From a virus: DNA of 64,000 nt. The position numbers and the translations under genes are program-made. The DNA lies in the IMG/VR virus record IMGVR_UViG_3300046457_000143, positions 13,935 to 77,934 of that record; one strand, written 5' to 3'. Of this stretch, positions 20,001 to 27,765 are shown one piece after another. The first letter of the stretch is position 1; each line of letters starts with the position of its first letter. The notes under the pieces were generated by a model. It saw only the letters and a program-made list of their open reading frames with translations, was not told the DNA's origin and searched no databases.

Positions 20001-22512
20001 GTTCAAGATGGCGACCGAGAAGGGCGGCAATGAAGTGGCCGAGTCGGTGGTGGAGCTGATGAACCGGGCCAATGCGTGGCAGCCGCTGCATGACCTCGTC
20101 TATGACTTCGTCGGCCGCACTGAACAGAACGCTCCGGTCTACGACATGCTGAAGCTCGTGCATAGCCAGGTCTCACAGGATCGTCAGAACTACCGTGAGC
20201 AGGTGCCGTCGATCATCGCCTCGAAGTTCACGCGTGAGCTGGAGGATCACGAGTGGACGACGCTGCACCGGGCACTGACGAAGACCGACATTGCCTCGCT
20301 GCGTCAGTCGCTGTCGAACGCCGAGATCACCGAGATCCTGGGTGATGCCAAGCAGCATTCGGCAGCGATCGATGCACTGGAAAAGCAGCTCCAGGATGCC
20401 GAGCCGAAGTGGTTCGCCGCACGCCAGAAGAAGGCGCAGCAGCTCGCCCGCTACATGATGACCAGTGAAGTCGGCCAGAACCTGCTGAGGAATGCCCATG
20501 CGGTGGCGCACCTCTGGGGCGAGAACAACCGTCCGAAGAGCGCCGGCGAGCATATCGTCAGCATGGTCGACCAGCTGACCACGCTCTATGCGCTGGAGCA
20601 TCTCACGCCGACCGAGCGGAGCAATCTCCTTTCCCTGGTTCAACAGGAGGCCGCAGGCATCGCCTACTCGACGGACTACCTGACAGGCCAGCGTGCGGAA
20701 GAGCAGCGCAAGATGAACACCCGCAGCGGCCGCGCACTGGCCAATGCCTTCAAGGGCTACGTGCCCGAGCAGACCGCTGGCGGTGTGCATCTGGTCGTGG
20801 CGGATGACAAGGAATACCAGCAGTGGACCGAACGGGCCTACGAGCGCCTCGGTGACTATCAGGGTTCCACCGCTGATGGAACCAAGGGAAGGATGGGGTA
20901 TTACTTCTCCGGCACGTCCCCGAAGAATGTGTTCCTGCAGGGGATGTTCCAGAACGTGCGGCATACCGCAGGTGGCGTGGACATCCTCACGGGTTACAAC
21001 AACTCGACGATGACGGCGGGCCGCATCACCGACCGGGAGCAGGTAGCACGTATTGCCCTGAACCTGCGCTTCGAGAAGGGCAACGAGCCGCTCATGCCAA
21101 TCTACGACCGCAACGGCGGCGTGGTCGGCTTCGAGCGTTCGATCGACCCGGAGATGCTGGCGAAGATCCAGACGCCGCAGAACATGGCCAACCAGATCGG
21201 TGCCTGGCGTGGCCGGCAGGTCGAGGAGGAGAAAGCGCAGCGTTTCAACAATGCGTTGATCGATGCCCTGCACGACCGCTACAAGTCGGACATGAAGCAG
21301 AGCGGCAGCAATGCGCTCGGCTACGTGAACCTGTTCGACAAGGCTTACCTCAAGACCAATCCGGTGATTGCCGATGCAGTCAAGCTCTGGACGCCGGAGA
21401 CCCGCTCGGCCATCAAGGCAGCATTTGGCGAAGATGCTTTCTGGGTGCCCAAGGACATGCTGCACGATGTAACGGGTTACCGTCAGGCATCAGTGGGTGA
21501 CGTGTGGACGGGTAACTCCCGCTGGTCCAAGGAGACTCAGGACTTTGTGCGCCGGACTCTCATTGGTATGTTCGGCAACAAGGCCTACGAATACTTCGTC
21601 AACGGCGAGAAGATGTTGCAGAACTTCATTGGTGATGCCAAGACACTGATCGTAGTGAAGAGTGTTGTGGTGCCGATGGTCAACGCAATGGGCAATGTGT
21701 TGCAACTCATGAGCCGCGGAGTGCCGATCAAGCACATCATGACCAGTGTTCCGAAGAAGATTGCCGAGACTAACCTGTATGTGAAGCAACGTCAGAAGCA
21801 GATCGAGATCGAGGCAGATCTGCGCACTGCAACTGATGACGTGGTGCAGACCCGTCAGCTTCAGACTCAGTGGCAGGTGATTGAGGATGGCTTCAAGCGT
21901 CTGTCGATCTACCCGCTCATTGCCAATGGTGAGTTCACGGCGATTTCGGATGCCTCGAAGGTGGGTTCAGATGATGTTGCTCTGACTTCGGGCAAGTGGC
22001 ACTCGTTCATGGAGGCACAGGTTGCGAAGTTGCCGAAGTCCTTCCAGACCGCTGCACGGTACGCCCTGGTGACCAAGGACACCGCACTGTACAAGGGTCT
22101 GCAGAAATCTGTGGAGTATGGCGACTTCATCGCCAAGGCTGTGCTGTATGACGACCTGACGGGTCGCAAGGGGCTGAACCAGGAGAAGGCACTGGGCCGG
22201 ATCACCGAGGAGTTCGTGAACTACGACAAGCTGCCGGGACGTTTCCGGGGCTACCTCGAATCCGTGGGCCTGCTGTGGTTCTACAACTTCAAGATCCGGG
22301 CGACGAAGACGGCCATGTCGATGCTGCGCAATAATCCGGTGCATTCGATGCTGGCCTACAGCCTACCGCTGCCGGACCTGTTCAGCTCGGTGGGCACGCC
22401 GCTCTCGGACAACTTCATTGCGAAGCTGTTCTCCGGACAGATCGGGTATAGCTGGGGGCTGGGCCAGCTGCTCCATGCTCCGCAGATGAACCCGTGGGTG
22501 AACATCCTGTAA
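11008..22512 (+). CDS. Virion-encapsidated RNA polymerase (N4 gp50, vRNAP)
   Basis: 3834-aa ORF; single-subunit RNAP motifs SRVGRMQ, YLEADGMTNG (A), RGVAKNPLTITIYGSG (B), KIFDGMN (C); no Cys seen on reading, as in N4 vRNAP. Confidence 0.97.
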   Translation: MADLNNLLASAAGSTPTSADLAYEQARQQGDGQLARGLGSLGAGISAGLGKLGDLTNSHLVTPSSTAPVPVQNPNSLDAVSARVTASLAPLAPNKQASVAEKMSGLTGESYYPIAVADSRQSDAGLQSAGEVEKDLRTMDQISFVLKYGNEGQKMLDRYNSASRDVSQQNINDRNWGETLKDSANSLVTAPITGLTSIAAWGAGQLNAGVGAEIAKNTADFASKMQGLKSQKAQDTAAQNAAISPLQDRDNEQQYQADLKSGSSNIVATARKVGRDFMAGAANEFSNPTTLAEGSANALGSLLVSAPIGGAISKVAAPITKALLPESARLGIALSADTSRALGERSASRLLDAAIQKGETHLPMAASVALQEGGGAYQQTASDVMGTDLDTLAQQSPTFQKLVAGGMKPEDARAELANQAGQAAAPKQAAVGALTGWAVAPFEAHPFQVGSARAFVQNALVKEPLEEGVQNATGQFFQNQAERDTGVDPAKDLFDSVGRQAAQGAIYGAAAAGTTAAPGAALSTTARAALGAGALTVKGAKALADRAPDALSAVADSTPRNLQDVKDTLSSVYDAAANVGGKVADVASKAGNAAADLSFGYAPNVSGKVADAYDYTKAKAQKGIDAVKSKFPDVKDAAGNVADAVTGAVTGAREKAADAADVNFGGVVRNAASLARSGLSAVKPYISRVTDYFANRGDAVMKVNERNSPVSDETMAGASQELAAQNGQLDALKQEIADTPDVGDDVKARATDYAERAARITQLPPEQTATWHPAVQAVVGNTTDRYAAIQRMQSFLADTKHSDADRLAVAAQLQAEKEDLHGLADANPRQLDGLPEDHGLRSYAQGAAAFVQGISQTPGMSRADRAAVPLIKRAAEIIKPLTEERVNTPEGQADAKTIANLAEVAPTELPEGSIQTALKHASKLGLNPNQKRSLQTADGLLKSAKDHFDRLVANGDKPLSPKDLVTKQVTAGESDHPFKKSAAQHAQRIAESYRAGDLDTARLQLLDLQKFAHSQQNKLAAINQALAGGNTDKSNAVHYEALSGNADRSFYTSEEGVWVDPVHFGSVRLARRVASEARFLTDLSNHLATAYPDLGVEHLANTSLDSRLADGTVSEVVQGFKSGARSVNSGTSEAKSQETKQPVTTAETVAKAEVKDAAATAAEPVNTAAAVQEVKEAPAVKVEQATETAPSSGSQTKETSNQGTKEEVKPRKPTVLTALKDASDADLIAQFADLSGQARRSVGEQAVMEAVRKELGRRGIEAASESDPKQGVAAAFPFLVQPGAEGNAFTNSFRLAKADAKGNPPSNILTHEAPLAGIGDGVKQQIRVMPAKAGKGVYESYKSVFNGANEVAKIMRANLQHFLTENEDRKSGKKRTPVGERFRDGVEAHRWQAGKVLNLTEDTGTTFHYNEQLLQGSVLAGMSWWLTSGQQGGVYDEKGAAENLGVGEQVVGDDIMNRVKGTTSTLDALDSLAAKITQYWGVRANVDAQEGLAQGIPLSMAAEVLRGLTAAGYLEVDNFYVHPTEVDTIFDNPTADEIKEMGLKHIQRLVTVKTDNERNSKDKREVLNSEMLANLRKYPDLIERAVLNDPTPAYYFSGARPKVATEQMRNEFVKNTQDQLTAIKNEQETPNYLNGTMANLYFDMGRDVALRWFGAGDLTDRTLNVNHELSLVGQNRSISQAFDEFENLHAALTGEAELKGIPVTDVPTHYGYNMSRVGRMQMLGKFNPQSTKFIREVMLPTRSTLDLSNADQRRAFDLGLAQALGIKVHNETYEVVQAKLETLLGKTFKPAVDHLQQWLNGKADFDTLPIENAFRAAGLPISPLALHALTEWARHENASADERKAFTTTAYLEADGMTNGPVNAMALLSVGPFDEQWVTNMRRGGLVIGGNESNTSQWIRNQPDNADLYAVATDRLKSHITDLKAYFANRQMVDLQNQMEHMQSLMNLFLPDLEYDGKTLSIGRGVAKNPLTITIYGSGERGIAGKIARTMTAEIYARMSNAAQLMADAERGKQEITPAQAFFPNDPMAAENWNRFKQHMNALTNSVAMSYDGDYTFEEKPTKPNETGGDPQAYTLATDELKNLTTNIQHLFVKPLTRAIGDTVGNTDKGATMVRMATQSQSIILKRLFLNGVEAALEKRAAADPTFKKSDFLSAREVRAVLDSLEAYHPLLQSDDQTFFVAGNSSSYTNSSPFGMALDDSFRSPGFVYGPDNAGVAGIPFLNIGMGDGRMMQILANDPRIARTLKIFDGMNMPLDSIMEQSRAANEAVLESWKGNPLQVVLDSFRPFMEQVEKDGIGSLKMTPDEELALAKAIFGLNVKAGEVTLEESFDRMKELVSYVERGAMQVEARHRVLDQLNLSLDQMSSAGAPHVVENKLQISGTDKEIADQMAKLYADELAKIKVERGLVKEDAPQRAPEETAAHTAAVESENIAGQINQYGRVNKATGVRVLSPSAIKKLTKGLENIPAHQKALLNEIRLSLSTKGYSVVTGTAEQLAAYARNQGDEQSVSLNRGDSGVTLPASKRIYILNPDSEVLTHELIHAATYETVLAYYEAYEADTGRAGDPAYPGGQNSGEVINAIQRIEQMLEQFRNLDVSKESLGTQQAYADAMAAINQASGQDAISKARALNEFMAWALANKNLAELAGRTKVSPLVQLAKAAFDAIKSLIWGRKRVADPKPGDDLFSNLLFNSSIVMRSQPTPQQALSATALYHSSSYGTNSRLADYNQTFARMLENFRTQPDRKDQPTTFKAQVNFAAVQAAGLAVSLRGLGFLTTPQEASTFELVAAVLGTQMHLDANSLALAQELYQHVVKNLETEHFMRTKSEENDQGDRHQAQQKYNAIIGDFGSTKDRSGRSSLLPVFIGLAIVDDQFRDILNTIGLPEKMKSTANSRVDAMLENFFGGLTQRLAERTAGLKNEPTVGAAIDALLQHVMKVAAEREDYMSVTGAETFLDTLDRKVVEAVTALSDKGVDAMQKIIDDPKSSPMARNAAKYAQLSFKMATEKGGNEVAESVVELMNRANAWQPLHDLVYDFVGRTEQNAPVYDMLKLVHSQVSQDRQNYREQVPSIIASKFTRELEDHEWTTLHRALTKTDIASLRQSLSNAEITEILGDAKQHSAAIDALEKQLQDAEPKWFAARQKKAQQLARYMMTSEVGQNLLRNAHAVAHLWGENNRPKSAGEHIVSMVDQLTTLYALEHLTPTERSNLLSLVQQEAAGIAYSTDYLTGQRAEEQRKMNTRSGRALANAFKGYVPEQTAGGVHLVVADDKEYQQWTERAYERLGDYQGSTADGTKGRMGYYFSGTSPKNVFLQGMFQNVRHTAGGVDILTGYNNSTMTAGRITDREQVARIALNLRFEKGNEPLMPIYDRNGGVVGFERSIDPEMLAKIQTPQNMANQIGAWRGRQVEEEKAQRFNNALIDALHDRYKSDMKQSGSNALGYVNLFDKAYLKTNPVIADAVKLWTPETRSAIKAAFGEDAFWVPKDMLHDVTGYRQASVGDVWTGNSRWSKETQDFVRRTLIGMFGNKAYEYFVNGEKMLQNFIGDAKTLIVVKSVVVPMVNAMGNVLQLMSRGVPIKHIMTSVPKKIAETNLYVKQRQKQIEIEADLRTATDDVVQTRQLQTQWQVIEDGFKRLSIYPLIANGEFTAISDASKVGSDDVALTSGKWHSFMEAQVAKLPKSFQTAARYALVTKDTALYKGLQKSVEYGDFIAKAVLYDDLTGRKGLNQEKALGRITEEFVNYDKLPGRFRGYLESVGLLWFYNFKIRATKTAMSMLRNNPVHSMLAYSLPLPDLFSSVGTPLSDNFIAKLFSGQIGYSWGLGQLLHAPQMNPWVNIL

Positions 22513-22515
22513 ATG

Positions 22516-22545
22516 AAAAAGGCCTCCAGCAATGGAGGCCTTCTT
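22516..22545. terminator. Bidirectional terminator between convergent late and middle blocks
   Basis: AAAAAGGCCTCCA-GCAA-TGGAGGCCTTCTT. Confidence 0.85.
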
Positions 22546-22670
22546 GTTTGGGTGGGGAATCGAGCATAGGGTCTCGATTCCCCTGACCGTCTTTAGCTTA
22601 GTGTCCAACTGTGTTGCCACGGTCGTCCGGACATCTCCACTCTCTCAGGGCGAAGGATCACATCTTACAA

Positions 22671-22844
22671 CTATCGGCGGGGCCGTCTCTTCTCTGGCTC
22701 AGGTGCTTTGCTGGCGAGCCAGCAGACGATCCCGATGATGGCGAGTATCGCCAGATAGGGGGCCATCGAGACCACCATCGCCGTGATGGCGATGAAGGCG
22801 ATCACGAAGACCACCACTATCAACAGGACCGACAGCACGTTCAT
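22671..22844 (-). CDS. Small membrane protein (57 aa, two hydrophobic segments)
   Basis: Read by hand: MNVLSVLLIVVVFVIAFIAITAMVVSMAPYLAILAIIGIVCWLASKAPEPEKRRPRR; start overlaps the upstream stop. Confidence 0.7.
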   Translation of the reverse strand: MNVLSVLLIVVVFVIAFIAITAMVVSMAPYLAILAIIGIVCWLASKAPEPEKRRPRR

Positions 22845-23377
22845 CAGCCGTTGCTGATGCGCTTGAGGTTCGGGAACAGCGAGCGGCCAGCGGGCTTGGC
22901 TTCAGCGGCCGGCTGTGCACCGGTTTCGCCGTCGCCGGTGTCGGCTTGCTGCTGCGGCTCGTCACCAGCTTCCGCCGTATTCGTCGGCTCCGTCGAGCCG
23001 GTATTCTGGTCGGAGCCGGTCGAGCCAGCGAGCTGTTCCTGCGTGAACTGCTGGGCGCCTTCCTGGACGGCCTGGTTGCTCACCGGGGGCTGTTCCTGCT
23101 TCCCCTGGTTCAGCTCCGGGCTGCCCTTGGGCGCCGCAATGGTAACGCCTGCCTTGGGCGTGAAGGCCGGAGCCGGGGTCGGTGCCGGCGCTGCGGCCTT
23201 CGCCTTGTTCTGTGCTGCCGGCACGATGTCGATGTTGGCCGTGAAGCCGGCATCGCCGCGCGTGGAGCGCAGATCGATGGTGATCTCCATGCCTTCCTTG
23301 ATCGAGACCTGTTGCTCGATGTGGGCGCGGATAGCGGCTTCGATTTCTGCCTGAACGATGATGATCTGCATGGTCAT
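22844..23377 (-). CDS. Hypothetical protein
   Basis: MQIIIVQAEIEAAI...IDLRSTRG N-domain, low-complexity tail ending RSLFPNLK; ATGA-coupled to the RuvC-like gene. Confidence 0.7.
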   Translation of the reverse strand: MTMQIIIVQAEIEAAIRAHIEQQVSIKEGMEITIDLRSTRGDAGFTANIDIVPAAQNKAKAAAPAPTPAPAFTPKAGVTIAAPKGSPELNQGKQEQPPVSNQAVQEGAQQFTQEQLAGSTGSDQNTGSTEPTNTAEAGDEPQQQADTGDGETGAQPAAEAKPAGRSLFPNLKRISNG

Positions 23378-23952
23378 ACCTTTGCGAAAAGTCGCATGAG
23401 TGTTTGAAACGCGGGAGTCCGTACTCCCGCATGAATGGCTGCTATGGCGTCGGCGCAATGCTCTGACTCGTTCTTCAGGTCACCCTTCCTGTGCTTGGCC
23501 CCGTTCTTTTCCTGCCGGGGCCATGGCGCATCCGGGTACTCCATTACTGCTGCATCGATCATCTGCTTCTTGGTGGCGTTGCGATTGCCCGTGAGGGATT
23601 CCTTCACGTCCAGCGCATCCACCTGGATGATCTCGATGCCTGCGAGCCGCATGGCACCCAAGATTCCACAGACAATCCCGTAAGACTTCATGCCGTAGGC
23701 AGACTGGCTGCCTACCGGCACTTCCGCAAAAACCACGTTGCACTTCTGAGCCAGGGGAAAGATGCCCCGGCACAGCTCGGTGGCGAGATGCACGTCACTG
23801 GAGTTCTTGCGTACCTGCTTGCCGTCCAGATCCTCACCTTTAATGATGAGGATCTGGTTCAGCTCGAACACGCCAGAGTCCAGATCCAGCATCCCTTCGG
23901 CCAGACCCCAGTTGCGGTAACTAGGGTCCATGCCCAGAACGCGGACCTTCAT
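23374..23952 (-). CDS. RuvC-like Holliday junction resolvase
   Basis: VLGMDPSYRNWG, FAEVP, ATKKQMI and EHCADAIAA catalytic motifs. Confidence 0.85.
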   Translation of the reverse strand: MKVRVLGMDPSYRNWGLAEGMLDLDSGVFELNQILIIKGEDLDGKQVRKNSSDVHLATELCRGIFPLAQKCNVVFAEVPVGSQSAYGMKSYGIVCGILGAMRLAGIEIIQVDALDVKESLTGNRNATKKQMIDAAVMEYPDAPWPRQEKNGAKHRKGDLKNESEHCADAIAAIHAGVRTPAFQTLMRLFAKV

Positions 23953-23958
23953 GGCGCT

Positions 23959-24726
23959 TTACTTGCTGCCGAACAGCGACTTGCGCGGCGCTGCTGCTGC
24001 ACCGCCTGCTGCCGGTGCGCCCGACTTGGGCGACTGCGGCGGGCCGCCTGCGGTACCAGCCTGCTTGCCGTCGTACTTGCGGCCGTCCTTGACCTTGTCC
24101 CTGTTCAGGTCCAGCCAGGCGTCCCAGAACACCGGTGCATCGGCGCCGTTGCGGGCTTCCGCGCAGGTGAGCTTCAGCTCCGGGTGGAAGACCTTGTCGG
24201 TCGTGTTTTCTTCACGTTCTTCCGGACCCGGCACGTACACGCCGGCATCGTTCTTCACGTTCTTGTTCACGAGGCGGCGCAGGATGCCGAGAGCGACCTT
24301 CTGGCCCGTGCAATCGACGAGGTGCGGCATGGCCTTGTTGACCTGTTTGCCGTCTTCCCAGACCTGCACGACCTTGTCTTCGGCGTCCTGCTCGGCCAGA
24401 CCCTTGCCGGTAGCGATCAGGCAGATGTCGTCGACCATCGTGAAGCCGGGCAGGGGAGACTTCTTGCCGGTCTTGTTGCCGCTGCGATCCTTGGCTTCGA
24501 ACCAGTTCTCGCCGTTCTTGTTGGTGACCCAGAACACCTCGCGGTATTCCTTGCCGCCTTCTTCACCGATGAAGGTGACCGAACGTGCGCCGCCATCCGA
24601 GGTGCCGGCGAACATCGCCTTGATGGTCATCTCGTAGATGTTGGAGTTGCGCGGCTGGTAGCCGCCCAGGCGGTCCTGCGATTCTTCCAGGCCATCGGTG
24701 CTGAGTTTTCCGAACAGAGTGCTCAT
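23959..24726 (-). CDS. Single-stranded DNA-binding protein (N4 gp45-like)
   Basis: QDRLGG N-terminus, LPGF..VDDIC, ENTTDKVFHP and C-terminal KSLFG typical of N4SSB; synteny. Confidence 0.85.
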   Translation of the reverse strand: MSTLFGKLSTDGLEESQDRLGGYQPRNSNIYEMTIKAMFAGTSDGGARSVTFIGEEGGKEYREVFWVTNKNGENWFEAKDRSGNKTGKKSPLPGFTMVDDICLIATGKGLAEQDAEDKVVQVWEDGKQVNKAMPHLVDCTGQKVALGILRRLVNKNVKNDAGVYVPGPEEREENTTDKVFHPELKLTCAEARNGADAPVFWDAWLDLNRDKVKDGRKYDGKQAGTAGGPPQSPKSGAPAAGGAAAAPRKSLFGSK

Positions 24727-24797
24727 AATGTTTTCTTTATTTCCGTTTTGTTGATGTTTGAGTTCGCCGTTTGTGTGTAGAGAACCCGGTTGGTTGC

Positions 24798-25517
24798 TCA
24801 GCCGCCGTAATACGACTTCAGCCGGCCAAACACTTGCTTCAGATCGTTGTCGATATAAAGCTCGTTGCGATTCCAGAGACCCAGGGCGGAGCGCATCTTT
24901 TCCCCCTGGCTCTCCTTGGTGACGCGGGTACAGAAGACGTACTTGACGCCATCCTCGCGCTCCTCGTCGGTGATGTGCAGCAGATCGTTCTCGATGCTTT
25001 CGAGCTTCTTGACCGGCATCTGCTTGGTGCCGAGGATCGTGGTGAAGTCCGCTTCCACGCCGATCTTGCCGACGGCGCCCTTGATGGGCACCTTCGTCTC
25101 GAACGTGGCGGTCTGCTCGTTCACCTGCGTGTCCTCGTGGGCCATGATTGCGTAGTCCTTCGTGCCGGCCTTGATCTTGTGGATCAGATCCCGGTAGAAG
25201 TTGCCGTAGGCGCCCCACGCAGCCTGCGTGTTCACTGCGCCGACCACGTACTGGCGCTCGTACATCGACATGAGGAACGTGATCGTGTCGAGCACTGCAC
25301 CCTTCACGTCATTCGTGCCTTCGATCTCGTCGATGTGGTTGAGCACTTCGTATGCGTCGGCCACTTCGACACTGGCCATGAACTTGTCCCGGAATGGGAG
25401 TTCCTTTAGGTCGGTGTTCAGATACACCATCGAGTCCTGCTCCAGGTTCCGAAGCGAGGTGGATTTCCCCGTGTTCGGTTTGCCCATGATCAGCACGATG
25501 TTCTTGTTCTGAGCCAT
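24798..25517 (-). CDS. AAA_24/Sak4-like ATPase (N4 gp44-like)
   Basis: Walker A GKPNTGKS, VLDTIT Walker B region. Confidence 0.85.
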   Translation of the reverse strand: MAQNKNIVLIMGKPNTGKSTSLRNLEQDSMVYLNTDLKELPFRDKFMASVEVADAYEVLNHIDEIEGTNDVKGAVLDTITFLMSMYERQYVVGAVNTQAAWGAYGNFYRDLIHKIKAGTKDYAIMAHEDTQVNEQTATFETKVPIKGAVGKIGVEADFTTILGTKQMPVKKLESIENDLLHITDEEREDGVKYVFCTRVTKESQGEKMRSALGLWNRNELYIDNDLKQVFGRLKSYYGG

Positions 25518-25587
25518 GTATTGCTCCCTTGAATGCGTGTTGGCCCAGTCGCCAACCCCAAACAACAGGGTCGGCGGCCGATCCGGT

Positions 25588-27765
25588 TTATGCAGCTTTC
25601 TTGTTGAAGCGCTTGGCGACAGACACGAAGATCGTTTGACGGATCTCGTCCTCGGTCAGCCCGTTGCTGAGCTTCGCGTTGAAGGCCAGCGTCGCCTGCT
25701 GCACCGAATACAGATCCATGTCCGAATCCACCAGTGCCATGGCGAACTTGAGCAGGTTGTTATTGCGGTTGCCGCTGGCGATACGCTGCGCAAACCAGCG
25801 CTCGAGGTTGTCCATCGAGGCGATCTTTTTCATCTCCTCGTTGTGCGCCTCGTTCTTCGCCGTCTTCGGGATGAATGGCAGCGCATCGAGGATTTCGCCA
25901 TCGAGGCTGTAGTGGTACTGACCCCCGGCAAAGCTCTCCCACTTCTTGCTTCTCTGGTTCGCTGCTTCATCGGTCGGGAACGGCAGCCACTCCATGATGG
26001 AATTCATGAAGGCCTTGTACTCGTCCGATGACAGCTCCAGCCGGTAGTTGATCGGCAGCACCAGCCGGAAGCGATCGCCGTTGCCGTCCTTGCGGTGGCG
26101 CTTGGTGGTGTAGGTCATGAACTTGTATTCCTTCATCAGCTCATGCACTACTTCCAGCGTCACGCCCTGGTCGATGTCGAGCACCACCAGGTTGAAGCCC
26201 GGCACCACGTTTTCCTCGGCCCGGTGGCCACCCTTCAGGAAGTGGTTGCACCAGTGCAGCGGATCGCCGTTGTCCTGCGCACCGTTGGTGAGCACATGCA
26301 ACTGGTCAAACGGGATCGACTCCGAGAGGTAGTTGTAGGCCCAGTGCTCGCCATAGGAGAGGGTGACCTCATTGAGATCCGTCTCCTGCAAAGTCTCACC
26401 TCTGTACAGCTCGATGCCGTCAGCGAAAGACTTCTTGATGATGATGTGGTTCTTGTAGCCATGGGCAATGGCCATCGTCATCATTTCGTTGCGCGCCGCC
26501 TGGCCGGTCTTGTAGTACGGCAGGTTCTCGTGCAGATCCGCGTGCGTGACTTCCTTGCCGCAGGTGGCGATGTACTTCGCCAGCTTCACGTAGGCTTTCT
26601 CGCGGTTCAGGATCTGCTCGAAGCTCTTGCCGCATTCCTCGACCAGCAGGATGGCGCTCATCAGATGCTCCATCTCGACGGTCATCGACTTGTCGACGAA
26701 CGCCAGCGCACCAGCGAGTTTGACGGCCTTCCAGTAACGGTGGCCGAGCTCCGCCTTGCGCACTTCCTCGTGCTCCGGCATGGTGGCGGCGGCCGCCTCA
26801 CAGGCCAGGCGATACTGGATCAGACGCACGCCGACCGGTTCATCGACTTCCATGCGCCAGCCGTGCATCGCCGGGTCTGCCAGGTCATGGAAGTGGGTGG
26901 CCCACTTCTTCACGTTGGCGTCGTTCGACGGGGAGGTGAGCTTCTTGTAGATCGCCTCGGCCGTTTCCCTGGTCTCGGGTTTCGTGACCTGATGGCCCCA
27001 GCCGAACAGGCAGCGCCGTGCGTAACCCGTATCCAGCATCGAGTAGAAAGCATCCTCCGTGATGGAGCCGTCGAGCAGCTTGGCGGGTGTGCCGAAGAGC
27101 AGCATGTTGGTCGGCGTCTTGCCGTCCATCTCCTGCCCACGGGTGTTTTCCGCCGTGTTCTTGGTCAGCTTCTGCTTTACCAGCCCCTGGTCGTAGAGTT
27201 CGAGGAACAGGTTCAGCACCTCGACTTCCTTGATCAGGTTGGAGCCGATTTCATCGATCTGAAGATTGATGGAACCGGCCTGCGCCAGGATCAGCTTGCT
27301 GCGCAGCTGCTTGACTGCCGGCACGGTGCCCGAGTCGAACGTGAAGGCGTAGTGGCCAGCACGGGTGTATTCACCCTTGACCGCTTCGAACTCCTCGTTC
27401 GGATCCGACGCATTGCGCACGGCCCGGTTATTGGCGATGGTCCACAGATGCTTCTCTGCGATCACGCCCATCGTGTCCTCCATGAACCGCTCCTTGAAGC
27501 CGGCCATGAATTCGTTCTCGATGATGTTGACCGAGTGCCCCTTGCCGTAGCCCGAGGTGGCGAGCGCCAGTGCGTAGATGTTCACCGGAATCTCACCACG
27601 GTCCTTCGTAACAATCGTCGCCCGCATGTTGCTGGCGAGCTTGCCCAGGAAGTAGGCGACTTCTGTGCGGAAAAATCCGCGATCCGTGTTCTGCGTTTTA
27701 TTGCAGAGCACATCGACCATCTCTTCGATGGCGGGGTGGTGGGTAACTCCGGTGAGATCAATCAT
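25588..27765 (-). CDS. DNA primase (N4 gp43-like)
   Basis: P-loop SGYGKG, DEIGSNL, VLDID, YTTKRH, RFRLVLP, C-terminal GNRNNNL (PriCT-like). Confidence 0.85.
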   Translation of the reverse strand: MIDLTGVTHHPAIEEMVDVLCNKTQNTDRGFFRTEVAYFLGKLASNMRATIVTKDRGEIPVNIYALALATSGYGKGHSVNIIENEFMAGFKERFMEDTMGVIAEKHLWTIANNRAVRNASDPNEEFEAVKGEYTRAGHYAFTFDSGTVPAVKQLRSKLILAQAGSINLQIDEIGSNLIKEVEVLNLFLELYDQGLVKQKLTKNTAENTRGQEMDGKTPTNMLLFGTPAKLLDGSITEDAFYSMLDTGYARRCLFGWGHQVTKPETRETAEAIYKKLTSPSNDANVKKWATHFHDLADPAMHGWRMEVDEPVGVRLIQYRLACEAAAATMPEHEEVRKAELGHRYWKAVKLAGALAFVDKSMTVEMEHLMSAILLVEECGKSFEQILNREKAYVKLAKYIATCGKEVTHADLHENLPYYKTGQAARNEMMTMAIAHGYKNHIIIKKSFADGIELYRGETLQETDLNEVTLSYGEHWAYNYLSESIPFDQLHVLTNGAQDNGDPLHWCNHFLKGGHRAEENVVPGFNLVVLDIDQGVTLEVVHELMKEYKFMTYTTKRHRKDGNGDRFRLVLPINYRLELSSDEYKAFMNSIMEWLPFPTDEAANQRSKKWESFAGGQYHYSLDGEILDALPFIPKTAKNEAHNEEMKKIASMDNLERWFAQRIASGNRNNNLLKFAMALVDSDMDLYSVQQATLAFNAKLSNGLTEDEIRQTIFVSVAKRFNKKAA

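Noticed and set aside
14587-21465. Very long - strand ORFs (747, 867, 430 aa) opposite vRNAP
   Set aside because: Shadow frames from GC-rich codon bias; no motifs, fully inside a well-supported gene
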